From: Octopus vulgaris
Lineage: Eukaryota
Assembly: GCA_951406725.2 (NCBI GenBank)
Contig: OX597820.1
Location: 108,562,001 to 108,626,000, forward strand
Direction: 5' to 3'
DNA length: 64,000 nt
In this document: piece by piece, positions 40,760-53,640 of the stretch
Numbering within the stretch: position 1 is the first letter of the stretch
Layout of the letters: each line of letters starts with the position of its first letter
Made by a program: the position numbers and the translations under genes
Notes under the pieces: model-generated
Told to the model about the DNA's origin: nothing
Seen by the model: only the letters and a program-made list of their open reading frames with translations
Databases searched by the model: none

Positions 40760-43700
40760 TTTCGTCAATGATTAAGCTGGGTTACTAACACCCACCTTTC
40801 TCATCACATCCTTCCATCGTTTCTCGTATTCTCTCGGTGGCAGGGTCCTATTCTCCAACCCCATCTTGCTCTTCAGATGGTAAGACAGCAAACTGGGGCC
40901 AGAGAACCTTCCATTCTAGTCCTCCAAACACACTTTTTCAGTACTGCAACCATACAGTAAAAACAAGCCTTACCTTCCTTTCGGAGTCCAGTTGGCAATA
41001 TCATCTTTATTATAGATCCAGTCAACAGCTGTACTCGTCCCAGATGCGACAGCACGTGTTCTATGTAACTTATCAAGCTGGATAGCGCCCGACATTGTAC
41101 AAAAGCGTGCTGGACAGTTTCATTGTCCAACCCACATCTTGGACACATCGGTGGCACTGATATTCCGTGCCCGGATAACTTATTGCGAACAGGTAAAGTG
41201 TTCCTGTAGAACTGCCAGGTCAGGGATTTTTGGAAGTTATCCAAGTATCCCGGCCTGAAAGTTTTTTTGAACAGGTTGGCAAGTTGGTTCTCATCGAACC
41301 CCAGAGCCCCTCCTAGGACGTCATCGATTTTTGCCTCTACCAGCCCTCTATAGAACACTGAGGTTGTATTCCTGCTGCCGGCCTTGCCCGTCTTGTGGAT
41401 CAGACAGAGTGCCTGACAGCACTCCTTCTGCCATAAAGTCAGGTTACGTCTTTTAATGAGACCGGGTTTAAATCTCTCCAAAGAGGCCAGTTGCGGCAAG
41501 AACTCCTCTGCCAGCGGACTCCACACCTTATCACCCTCCAGGTGGCACTAGAGATGTCTCAGCCTCAACGCATGTCTGCGCATCATCAGCTACGGCATTT
41601 CCAGTCCGCCCTTTAATGGTTCCTGGCAGCAGCAAACGGAGCGCCTCACAAGTGGCTTTCCTCTCCTCCACAAAAAGCAGAAGAGGAGTCGTTCCAACTT
41701 GTTTAGCCACAAATCAGGGCAAGGCACAATGGACAGGCAGTAGGTGATTACAGATGCTATAAACACCTGCACCACCTCCACCCTGCCCTTTAAGGATAGA
41801 GGCCTTCCAGACCACTTCCGTACTAAGGCCTCCATCTTGTCCACTACCTCACTCCAATTCTTCTCTGTCTGGGAGTTCGGGCCAAACCAAACTCCAAGCA
41901 ACTTAACAGGACCATCTGTCCAGTGTCCAACGGCACTGGACTATATTGACTTGCTCCTCCAGGTGCTGAGGCGCAAGCTGATCGACTTGTCCTTGTTAAC
42001 TTTTGCCCCTGCCACCGCTTCATATCCTCGGAGAGCATCTTCTACACAAGGTAGCTGTGCTTCGTTGGACACGATCAAGGTGACGTCATCCGCATAAGCA
42101 GAAACGGACCTACCGCATCAGATTTCATTTGGGTTGCCTCCTAACTTCTCCAGCCTCTGCAGTAATGGCTCAAGAACCAAAACACAGAAGTGGAGACAAG
42201 GGACAACCTTGATGAACAGAACACTTGATCGAAAACGGTTGCGTTAGGCAGCCGTTTATCTGGACTGTGGGTTTGATACCGCTGTACATAGCGGAGATCC
42301 ACCCGCGAAAGCCAGGGTCCAACCCAGCCGCTTCGAGGACTGCTCCCAGGTACTGATGGTCTACCCTATCGAATGCTTTACTTTGGTCTAAATGGACCAA
42401 TTCCCCTCCTTTGCCGGCTAATTTGCCAACCCTATCTAAGGTGTAGCGTAGAAGGTGAAGATTATCCTGAATCGACCTGCCTTGGATTGCACATGTCTGT
42501 GCCTTCCCAACAAGTTTCTTCACAACAGCTGTCAACCTTTTTGCTAACACCTTGGCCAAAATCTTTAACTCTACATTAAGTAGAGTTATGGGCCTATAAT
42601 TACAGATTCTATCCCCCTTGCTCAAGTCTTTCTGGACCAGCATCACAACTCCCCAGCTCACAGAACTGGGAATCCTCCCATTCTGTTGCCAGTTTGCATA
42701 GACACCTACCAGTATCTCCCCGAACAAGTCCGGCATATGATAAAACTCATAGGGCAGACCATCTAGCCCCAGCGACTTTTTCCCGGCGCACTTGGCCAAC
42801 ACTTCTCTTTCCTCCGCGGGAGTGATCGGTCCTTAACAGCATTAGCCTCACGTGCCGAAAGTCACGGCCCACCGGCTAGGAAGACTCCCCCCGCTCAAGC
42901 GAACCACTTTCCCCAAACAACCGAACGAAATGCTGGTGAAAGACTTTCTGCATCTCCTCCTGTCCATAGATCTTGCGTCCCCGTTCGTCCGTTATAGAGG
43001 ACTCTTTGACTCTCCACACAACGTGCCCATCCAGCAACATTAATACCTTCTTGCTTCCCTGCACGTAGCTTGGCTCTGACTCTGCAACCTTCATGTTTGG
43101 CATTGAGGTAGCAGTACAAGACCGTTCTCGCTGCCAAAACTCTAGATGCACAGCCAGATTCCATTGCCTCGTCTAAGTTCTTAACTAAATCGCCCTCTAT
43201 TCTAGTCCTATCTAAACTTAGCTGCTTGCTAAATCTAATGGACTCTAAACAGATGGCTCTTTTGAGGGTGTGCCACCATCTATTGTTAATGATGGTGCCA
43301 CATAATGCCCTCTGAACTAACTCCTTAATCCGGGTACGGAAAGCTTCACAAGTCAAAATAGACTTGTTCATTTTCCAATACCCGGGTCCCTGTCTATGAC
43401 ATTTATCTACATGTACCTCACACGTCACAAGCTTGTGATCCGTGTAAGGCACAATACAAAATTGTGGACAACTGACACTATTCTTATCTCTTTCCTTAAT
43501 AAATACCCTATCTAGGTACAATTTGCGTGAGCCATCGTTGTTACTCCACGTCCACTGTGGAACGCTCGGCCCATTCAGTCGGTAACGGTCTACTAGATTA
43601 TAGCTCTCTAGTAGACCCTTGATGCAAGGATTCCCTTCCCTATCAGTTGAGCCCACACTATCGACCCATGCATTTAGGATAGTGTTGAAGTCTCCTACCA

Positions 43701-44094
43701 AAATTAACGTTCTAGACGTTACTAGAAAGTGCTCCAGGTTCCAGTAGAACCTGGACTGCCTACCCTCCATAGCAGCGTAGACAGCTACCAACCTGAAGGA
43801 CTGTTTACTCACATCTAGTACAACCAGCCTGCCTTCTGGGTCCAGAAAGACACTACTTATCTGTAAGTCCAAGTCCTTCCTGATAAGGACTGCCATGCTG
43901 CACCCCCATCCTCGGTTAGGAGAAATAAATTTCTTGTAACCATTCAGAAGAGGCAAGAGCGCTTGAGGTCCACTCATCTTGAACTCGGTTACCATAGCCA
44001 CATCAATTCTATGTGTCACGAGGTCGTTCAGAAAACAAGCCTGTTTCCATCTCGGCCCCATTCCACGCACATTTAAACAACCTAACTTAATCAT
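40760..44094 (-). pseudogene. Tx1-like ORF2 (EN-RT), frameshifted
   Basis: MIKLGCLNVRG, VGDFN, YLDRV, TDH, YRPITLLN, LDQSKAFDRVDH, QGCPLSPLL, AYADD and CPRC..ETVQHAFVQC, spread over several frames. Confidence 0.9.
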
Positions 44095-44116
44095 CGAAGA
44101 AAGAAAAATAACTTAA

Positions 44117-45545
44117 TTACGGTTGTGAGAGGGAGCATGGCAGTCTTTGTCTGCCTGCTTCCCCAGCACTCCCCGTAGCTGCTGGGCTTTTCCCTGGCGT
44201 TGCCACTGGGTTCTGGGTTGGAGTGGCTGCTGGGCTGATAATCAGCTTCCCAGCTATGACCTCCTGGGTTACATCTTTAATAAGGTTTTTTTGCACATGT
44301 TCTTGGAAGAGTTTTCCTTTCCACTCCTCCTCTCCAACTTTGGCGTAACGTGTGTCAGACTCTTTGTCAGTCACTTTAAAAAATTTTATGCGGTTGCTTG
44401 CTTTAACACCTTTTCATTTTTAACATTAAACAAGATAATCTTGTCAGTTTTTTTTAAACCTTTTAGCGTTGGGGGTGGGGTTTATTGAAAAGCTGTCCTA
44501 CAAATGTAGTGTCAGCTGGGTGGGATTGGGGAATTTTTTGGTGTTGTTCTTGTGTGTTTGTCATTTTTCTTTTTGTTTGGAGAGGGGAGTCTGGGGTGCT
44601 TTCTTTTTTGCGTTTGTATGTAACTGTTGTATAATCTATATCAGTTTGGTCATTTTCTTTTGTTTGTTTTTCATTTTGTTTCTTTTCATCCTTCTGTTTT
44701 TTGTTTTGCTTTTTTTTTGTTATTTTCTTTTGTTGGTGCTATGTTCTGTCTCTATGTTTTGGAGAGGGACCTCAACTGTTTTTTACTTCGTGCAAGTAGA
44801 GCGAACATGACCCTTCTGCCCGCACTTAAAACACCTGGGCCTACGTCCCTCCACCAACACACGAATTGTATGCCCCTCCCCTACGAAGACTCTATCGGGC
44901 AATTTTTCAAGTGTTTGGTTGTCAGCTTGAATTACCATTTCCAGCATTTGTCCCCTCCAGTTTGTCGGTTCCTTTTTCCTCATGCTCAGGATTGTTATTT
45001 TCCCTTCGACGTCATATATTACTGCTGTCACTTCCCACATGACTTCGTAACCTACAGGTATGTCCTCAACTGTCACTTTCACCGTTCACCGACCCAAATA
45101 CGTTGGCAGTAACACAATTTCTTTGCTCTTCAACGTTTGAGTCGAAATTTCCTTTACTATGTTAGCCAACTCGAAATGTGCTTCTATTGTAGCACTTCTT
45201 ACACCTCGGCTAACGTAGCACACCTTGTTCCATATCGGAGCCATACACCGTTCAACTACGTCATTTTTTACTTCAGTGATTCTTTTTTCCTTAATATTAA
45301 ACACTTTGTAAACGACTGTTTTTTCGCGAATTGCTTGAACAGTTTCTGAGGTGGTATTAACTTGGTTTCTTCTCCAGTTTTCTCGATTAATTTTCTGAAC
45401 TGGAAGAGCTTGTCCACAGCTACTTCCAGTTCAATGACATTGCCACCTACGGCGGCCTAAAATCTTTGGTTATCCTTTTTATTTCCTTTGTTGTTTTTAC
45501 TTCCTCCCATCTCGGGAAAATCATTCTTGGAGGCGAGGTCATACT
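44117..45545 (-). pseudogene. Tx1-like ORF1, frameshifted
   Basis: VEGRRPRCFKCGQKGHVRSTC and TLKSKEIVLLPTYLGR match ORF1 of the first element. Confidence 0.8.
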
Positions 45546-45964
45546 CCATGATGTAGCACTTGTCTCAAAAGACAAGAAAACCTTGTCACAAATGACAAGA
45601 GACAAATTTTCACAGAAATTCTGAAATTTTCTGCCCCATAGGACAAAAATTACTGTTTTGTCACAAGACAACAGTTCAAGTCGATACACAATAACAAAAA
45701 ACACAGACAGAAACGAACTCACGTAACAATTGGGTAGCAAGTGAAAATATTGATGCGCAACTGAGGAAAAAGAATACGAAATTGAAGGTTCAAGTTTAAA
45801 ATGAGACATTGCTGGCATAATTTCGTTATATCTACACTCCACAACCCATAGATATACCCGAAGTGAAATGTCTCGACCTTGTTGAGCTATATTGAAGGAA
45901 TGCCATCGTTATTAATGTATATCGAATTATTCAGATTTAGACTAGATCTGATATATATAATATA

Positions 45965-46600
45965 TATAATAATGAAATTATTGCATACAGTGCTCAGGTG
46001 CACCACAACTTGTCAGAAAGTGCATATAAAGTGTATGCAGTAATGTACAAATGTCTGGAAAGCAAACAATGTTTGAGTCAGATACATGCTTCTGTGTGTA
46101 TGGAGGGGAGAAAATCAGGTGTAGTGTTGGCGAATCTCAGAAAGCATGGAAGTTTTGAAGGATGCAGTGCTCCGACAACTAACAACTGATGCCGGCAGCT
46201 TGTTCCACACTTCAGCAACTCTCAGCGTGAAAAAATGTTTCCGAAAGTCATGGGAGCTGTGCTGTTTTCTGACTTTGTAAATATGTCCACGGGTGTTAGA
46301 CGGGTGGAGTTTGAAAAGGTGCTCAGAGTTATTGTTTGTAAGATGGTTAATAATTTTATGGGTGTCTGCCAAGTCAGCTGCCAGACGTCGGAGTTTCAAT
46401 GTGTCCATGCCCAGAGAAGTAAGGCGTTCAGAATATGGCAAATGCCTGATGGAGGGTATTCTTTTGGTTGCACGTTGCTGAGCGGCTTCCAGACGATTAA
46501 TATCCTGGGCAAGATAGGGGTTCCAGACAGGTGATGCAAATTCCAGGTGAGGTCTTACCATAGCTATATAAAACCGCAGATAGATAGCCGGAGAGCAGCT
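45965..46600 (-). mobile_element. 5'-truncated CR1/L2-group LINE 3' end (second family)
   Basis: YIAMVRPHLEFASPVWNPYL..DINRLE..QQRATK..LPYSERL..RKHFFTLRV.EVWNKLP, then a 3' UTR ending in (ATT)/(AT). Confidence 0.9.
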
Positions 46601-46942
46601 CACAAAGGATATACACGTACATACATAAATACACACACACATGCGTCTTCTGCCACTCCTTTTCCACCTCAACACGAATGTTTACAGTTCACAAAACGTG
46701 CATTCAAATCCTGTTTTCTGACTGGATAAAAATTTTTCACTTGAAAGTAACGAACGAAAGTGACAATTTTGAGACTCAAAACGATTGCTTGCCAATTTTT
46801 TTGTGTATAGCTTAACTAAAGCTGTAAATAATGCAATAACAACGTAATAACATTTTTAAATAATCATGAATACAAGTACGAGAAGTTTTCCAGGTTGTGG
46901 AAACACAGAATAAAAAGAAAGACATGCAACGTGAAACAACTT

Positions 46943-47036
46943 CGGCGAAGGTAAAGAATACGCACACCCGGTGTTTAGAGGTTAGGGGTAGGATTACGCT
47001 GAAAATGGGTGGTGTGCGTATTCTCTACCTCCGCCG
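46943..47036. mobile_element. 94-bp miniature TIR element
   Basis: CGGCGAAGGTAAAGAATACGCACACC / GGTGTGCGTATTCTCTACCTCCGCCG pair at 24 of 26 positions; flanks CAACTT/CAATTT. Confidence 0.6.
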
Positions 47037-50000
47037 CAATTTCATTAAAACAGATTATTGAAAATATAAGTGGGTTTTTTCTTTTCTTTTTTGATTTGCT
47101 TAGATGCGAAGAAATTACAATCGTTAAAACTGATACTAGTTAGTAATATAACAGGCATCTCTTTTATGTTACCGCTATGACTTGCTGACATCCCCTCCTC
47201 TTATCGTCCAGATTTTATAGGTGAGGTGATAAGAAACTTATACAATCTTCTCATTTCAAAGGAACTGAAATATAGTTAGCGGGGGTGAATCCTTTACGGT
47301 GCTCCTCACACTACAAAGTGATTGATAAACATAACAATTTATGTTAATACTGTATACCATATTATGGTGTTTGGCGTACTAGAAAACCCTTTAATGTACC
47401 AAGATAATGTTTAGGTGCAGAAACCCGCTATCGAGCAGACCTATAATTAAAAAATGTTACAGTTGTTACTGTCCTGTCCATTTAGGACTACATCTCCAAT
47501 TATCCTTCCTAATCTGGCTGTTATTTCAAGGAGGTCGAACGCCACGTGGAAGTTCCGTCGTTGACTGATTTGAACATTGTATAAACGATATGGCGTCTTC
47601 GTTTACTTTGATCGTATGGTTTCGATTTTGGACAACTGACGAAATCACAAGCTTTTCACGCACGGACATTACAGGTAACTCTTTTTCTTGGGAATTACGT
47701 CGCATCTCCGATATCGATGTGGATATTGAAAAACTAACATAAACATTTCTCCTCGAAAAGATCAACTGACATATTTTAATGATATGTAAATATATAGAAA
47801 AATGTTAAATTTCAACTTTGAAAACGACGAGGCGAGTCATCATTCACACATTTCCCAACTTTATATTTTTTCTGTGGATCTTGTTACTAAGTTAGTTTCC
47901 ATACAAACAAAAGTATTTAGGCATAAAGTGTCGACCAGAGCTCATGAATTATTGAATCAAATTGTGTAGACAAACGAATGTTACATATTTGTATGTATTG
48001 AAAGGAAATAAATCAATTGAAATAAAATAGAAATAATACTACTAATGATTTTAATTACCTGCGAACTTTATGTTAGTCGTAGGAAATGATGAGAGTACAA
48101 AATAGTCGGTATTTTAACACCCGGGTGTGAATTCTACTCCCGGTGTTCGTTTCTTATAGCATCTCTTTATTTTCTTCACGACCGGAACAATTGATAAAAC
48201 GAAAAATTATTTTGTCTACCTTCTAGCATTTTCCGAACAATTAAAGTTATTGCTTGCGCTAAATTTGAGAGAAAGTTTTACTGAATCTATAATTTGTTAT
48301 TGTCACTTTTGTCATTACAAAATTTAGTCCGGCCACATAAATTTGGATGTTTGGACGTAAGATACGACGTTTGGGAAGTTACAACAGCTGATTTGGTGTG
48401 TTTGTTTACATGATAAAAATCGAATCAAAGTCTGGGAGCGATACGACGTCAAAACAAATATTTTACGATTTTGCATTCCTTATAATAATGGCAGAACAAG
48501 TAACCTTTTTTTTTCTTTATTCCCCTTAGAAAATCTATTACCATAAACTTCGCTCTCATCAAGTGTATCCATACGGATGATTATTTTATGGAACCGATGA
48601 GATAAAAGCAATGTTAACTTTGGTGGATGTGAATTTAGAGATTTTCTTTCTTTCTTTTTTTTTTTTTGAGTTAAAGTTTACAGAATCTATACAAGAATGA
48701 GACAGAACAATGTTCATATTTTATTTATTTATTCTCTCTTTCTTCCTCATTAGCGATTAAATCACTTTAACAGGGAATCAAACCTAACTGAATAAATTGG
48801 CTCACCAATTTCAGTTAATTATTTTTAATTTGGCACCTGGTCAGCAACTTGAGGAAAGGAGTTAGTTAGGCGGATATGGCGGACCGTCACCACACCTCCA
48901 TTCCGTTTTTATTTTTTTAATTTTATTTTTTAAACAAGAACCCACATTTTCGGATACCGAAATTCCGAATTTGTAAAAAAGAAAATTGCATTTCAAAATT
49001 TAATGTTTGCGCTATCGGAATTTACGAATTTGCAAAAAAAAAAAAAAAAAATTATTTCAATTTCACCCCACCCCTCAAAGTTGAAGTATTTTTGGGTTCA
49101 GGAGTGATGAGTTAATCTTTGCAGTTTATGAAGTGTGAATGTGAAATCACCAGAAAGAATGCAAGGTGCTGCATCTGTTGAGGATTTTAACTACATGATA
49201 ACCAATGATCAAGAAGGTGTAATATAAGTTTGGACATTCCATAAAACAGGCTATCTTATATTGAACTTTTTCAACTGATAGCAATATACTTTAACAGGAA
49301 AGTAACATTAGATTCAAATTCATAATAAAAATATTTCAATATGTTTTGGGAGGGTAGTTATGCCAAAAAAGCACATGCACTGGTTCTATTTAATTTCTTT
49401 TATCATTAGTCGACTGATTAACCATTTAACCAATTAACTAATCGATTGTTTGATTAACCGTTTGGTCAATCAAACAATCATTTAGGTTTGTCAAAGTCCT
49501 TTCATTGCCATTCATGACCGCATGAATGACATGATCTCTCAGTTGCAAATGATGACAAAATAACTTAAACAAATCTAATTGATTGACTTAATGGTTAATC
49601 AAACAATCAATGAGCTAACTAATTAAATGCTATTGCAGTTTCACCACACTTGTTATTTCAGTACTTCTTCGGAATTCCCACCACCTAGTTTTCCACCATA
49701 ATTTTTTTGAACCAGTTACTTAAAAAAAAATTTTTCATTTCATTTTGCCAAAAAAATTCAAATTTCACCAATTAATCAACGTTTACACACAGGTTGATCA
49801 AGTTAGACAAGTTAAAAAAAATGTGTGGTGAGGGGTGGGGTGAAATTGAAATATATATATATTTTTGCAAAATCATAAAACATAGTAATCTAAAAAATTT
49901 TAAATGTACTTTGCCCCATAAGAATTCTGAAAAATATAATTGTAGGATTATACAGTTTTTTTATCAATATTATTGGATGTTCTAGGTTCAAATTTTGTAA

Positions 50001-50706
50001 TTTTGTTTTGATAGAATTGATCTAGTTTTTTATTGTTAAATGAAGATATTATCCTAAAAGGATTAGGAGAAGCTGAAAATCCAAATCTAATATGTTTATT
50101 GTTAAATATTTTTGTGTATTTAGTGTTTTTGAAGTTTTTATTAATAATCATTCTGATGGATCTGATAAAATTCAATTCTAAATGTTCTGCAAATGTTATC
50201 CAAATGGTTTTCTTGGTGTTTGCTTTTGTAAAGAATTGGGTTGTATTCAGAGTCAGATCTTTTCATACATGGTATAGATTTCTTTTTTACTATGTTCATC
50301 CTATCCTTATTAATTAGAGTATTATGGTTATACATATTATTATCATAAATTGTCTTATTTTGATTATTGCTGTTTTTTGCCTTAATGTTCCTATTTTTAT
50401 CTTTAATTATACAGTTATGTTGCCAGTATTTGTAGGTTTGTTTACATTAGTGTGTTTAGGAAATTGGTAATTATTAAGATTTATAGTCTTTTCCTGAGTT
50501 TTATTCCTGTTGTGGTGCACGTAATGCTTGAGTTTTTTGTATTGTTATTATAATGATGATGGTCATGTTTACTGTTGATGTTATGTTTATGACTATTATT
50601 GGGAATTTTCATTATTTGTTTATTAGGATATACTATTTCATTATATGTATTAGGTTCACTAAGTTTAACATTATTATTTTTGTAATAATGTTTAATATGA
50701 TTTATA

Positions 50707-51558
50707 TGTGTGCAAACTGCCATGATTCACGGTAGTGAAACATGGGCTGTGACTGTGGAGGACATGCGTACGCTTGAAAGAAATGAAGCTAGCATGATCC
50801 GCTGGATATGTAATGTCAGTGTGCGTACACAACAGAGTGTAAGTGCCCTGAGAGAAATGCTGGACATAAGAAGCATTGGATGTGGCATGCAAGAGAGACG
50901 TCTGCACTGGTATGGTTATGTACTATGGATGGATGAGGAGAGATGTGTGAAGAAGTGCCACTCCCAAACAGTTGAAGGAATCTTGGGTAGATGTAGACCC
51001 AGGAAGACATGGGATGAGGTGGTCAAGCATGACCTTCGAGCGTTGGGTCTAACAGAGGCAATGACGAAAGACCGAGACCTCTGGAGATATGCTGTGACTG
51101 CAAAGACCCGACAAATAACGTGAGTTCATGGCTGTTTCCTGCACCAGCTTCACATAGAAGCCCCAGCCCATCCAAAGTGTCTTGGATCGCAGGACGACCT
51201 GCTGTACTTACCTTGGATCATAGGGTGACATGCTGTGCTTGATGAGACCTATTGAGTCAAGTACATCAACATCAAATGGAAATAGTAGTTGTGATACCTG
51301 TGCCAATGTCATGTAAAAAGCACCATCCGAATGTGGCTGATGCCAGCGCAGCCTTGGCTGGCTTCCGTGCCAGTGGCACGCAAAAAGCACCCACTACACT
51401 CACGGAGTGGTTGGTGTTAGGAAGGGCACCCAGCTGTAGAAACACTGCCAGATCAGACTGGAACCTGGTGCAGCCTTCTGGCTTCCCAGACCCCAGTCAA
51501 ACCATCCAACCCATGCTAGCATGGAAAACGGACGTTAAACGATGATGATGATGATGAT
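50707..51558 (+). mobile_element. 5'-truncated RTE LINE (ORF2 C-terminus, 3' UTR, (GAT)n tail)
   Basis: HGSETWAV..LERNEASMIRWIC..RRLHWYGYV..GRCRPRKTWDEVVKHDL..DRDLWR is a typical RTE C-terminus. Confidence 0.92.
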
Positions 51559-52071
51559 TAGTGTTGTCGTTTTTTTTACACTTAATTTCATATCTATATC
51601 CTGCCTTAAGTGCTAGGTTATAATAATCCTTATGTTTATTAAATATTTTTTCGTTAGATGATAGTAAATTTGTTCTTCTCTCTATGGGAGTGGTCAGGTT
51701 TTCTATAATGTTGTGTGGATGGTTGCTGTACACATTTATGTATGTTATATTGGTGTTAGGCTTATGGTAAGGCTGGTAGGTAGAAGTATTAAGGTTGAAG
51801 TTGACGTTAAGTAAGTTAACAGAGTTATCTATTTCAATGGAAATAGATAGTCCTTGGTTTTTAAAAAATGTACGCAGTTTTTTGTGTAGAGTTCTAATTT
51901 TCTATTTGAGGTGTTCTTGACTAACAATAGGACATCATCCCAGTGTAATCCACCTTCGAATTCTGGGAACTCTTCCTTAAATTTGTGCAGTAGGTATATT
52001 CTGACTAAGTCAGTTACTTTGGCAGAATCTTGTCTGCCCATAGGTATATCAAAGCATTCAGGTGTTTCTTT

Positions 52072-52880
52072 GAATCTTTTCCTTTTGAATGGCACTTTGT
52101 AACATAATTTCTAGGTAACTAAAAAGTTTTAAACTTCGTATACTGGTAGAATGTGTTTATAAATCATCATTTTCTCTTGGCTTTATTGAGAAAATTCTAT
52201 AGGTTGTAAGATATTTCGTCTTTAATTTCGAGCATTTCGGCAATTTCAACCAATCACTTACATCCATTTAGGTAAATAACATTCTGTGCATAATGAATAT
52301 GTCCCTCATTTAAGAAACAGATTGGGTTTATTTACATTTGTGAAGAAAAAAAGATACCCTTCCCCAACCCCTAACCCTAAATCTAAAATAGAATGAAATG
52401 CAATAGATCGATACTAGGGCCATAATTATGGGTGACATTTTCATTTGACACCGCTAGAAAAAAAATTCCATTTTCCGTAGCGGTGTCGTATGAAATTGTC
52501 ACTCATAATTATAACCCTAGTATCAATCTATTGCATTTCAATCTATTTTAGATTTAGTGTGAGAGTTAGGGTTAGGGGTTGAGGGTTGGGGAAGGGTATC
52601 TTTTTTTCCTTTACAAATGTAAATAAACCCAATCTGTTTCTTAAACGAGGGACATATTCATTATGCACAGAATGTTATTTACCTAAATGGACATAAGTGA
52701 TTGGTTAAAATTGCCGAAATGCTCGAAATTAAAGACAAAATATGTTACAACATATAGAATTTTCTCAATAAAACCAAGAAAAAATGATGTTTTATAAACA
52801 CATTCTACCAGTATACGAAGTTTAAAACTTTTTAGTTACCTAGAAATTGTTACAAAGTGCCACTCAAAATGAAAAGATCC
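52072..52880. mobile_element. Foldback MITE (~390-bp arms) with 8-bp TSD, Merlin-like termini
   Basis: Nearly the whole element is an inverted repeat, ends G(A/G)ATCTTTTC.TTTTGA, TSD GTTTCTTT at 52064-52071 and 52881-52888. Superfamily assignment is tentative. Confidence 0.85.
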
Positions 52881-53473
52881 GTTTCTTTCCTAGCCCAATT
52901 TTTTCCTTCATGTAATATCACTGTCTTCCTAGTTGCAAGAATATTACATGAAAGAAAATACTAGACTAGGAAAGACACACCTGAATGCTTCAATATTCTG
53001 GTGGTCAGGCATGACAGTGGTAGAAAGCAGTGTAAAAGACAGTGGTGATAGTGGTGGCAGGGAAGGCAGTGGAGTCAAAGATATTGATGGTGGTGGCATC
53101 AGAAGTCTGAAAGGTGTGTGCGTGGCAGTTGTGGTGGCGATGGCGGTGGTACTGGTGATGGTGATGGTTGAAAGCAATCAACGGAAAGAGAGAGAGAGAG
53201 AAAGAAAGAAGTTGGTAAAAAAAATTTTACTGACGCCTGAATGGGAAGACAAAAAATGTTGTTTATCATGCAGATTTGCAATAAGTTCCAAGTCGAGAAA
53301 TAATATCATTGTTTTGATGAAAATTGTTCATTACTTGAAAAATATTGTTCATGTTTAATAAAATTTAATATGTACTTAATGTACGAAGTGTCATTGTTTG
53401 GCCCAAGGCCCAATGAAGAGCTCTTCACAGGAGCTTGCTTAAAAGCTGCCCTATTGGGTAGCTTTTAAGCTAG

Positions 53474-53509
<36 letters not shown>

Positions 53510-53515
53510 TATATC

Positions 53516-53549
<34 letters not shown>

Positions 53550-53578
53550 TACATACATACACACATATATATACATTC

Positions 53579-53639
<61 letters not shown>

Positions 53640-53640
<1 letters not shown>

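Larger units (their letters stand above)
40509..45788 (-). mobile_element. Second full-length, decayed Tx1-like element with 16-bp TSD
   Basis: TTCAAGTTTAAAATGA at 40493-40508 and 45789-45804. ORF1 and ORF2 remnants lie between, with AATAAA near the 3' end. Confidence 0.88.
49920..52935 (-). pseudogene. Penelope-like element (PLE) RT relic, interrupted by a MITE and an RTE copy
   Basis: RKTVILHEGKNWARKET|PECFDIPMG..DSAKVTDLV..GLHWDD..YQPYHKPN....YINVYSNHPHNII..LSSNEKIFN..KIFNNKHIRFGFS match PLE RT and thumb motifs (FDVTMGS, GLYRDD, SNHPP, KIFNRN). Confidence 0.8.

Noticed and set aside
52365-52590. Interstitial telomere
   Set aside because: Only about two TTAGGG units are present, and they lie inside the MITE arms.
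53436-53474. Hairpin plus CTAG|T as another Helitron end
   Set aside because: The hairpin overlaps the CTAG, and no matching 5' end or second copy was found.
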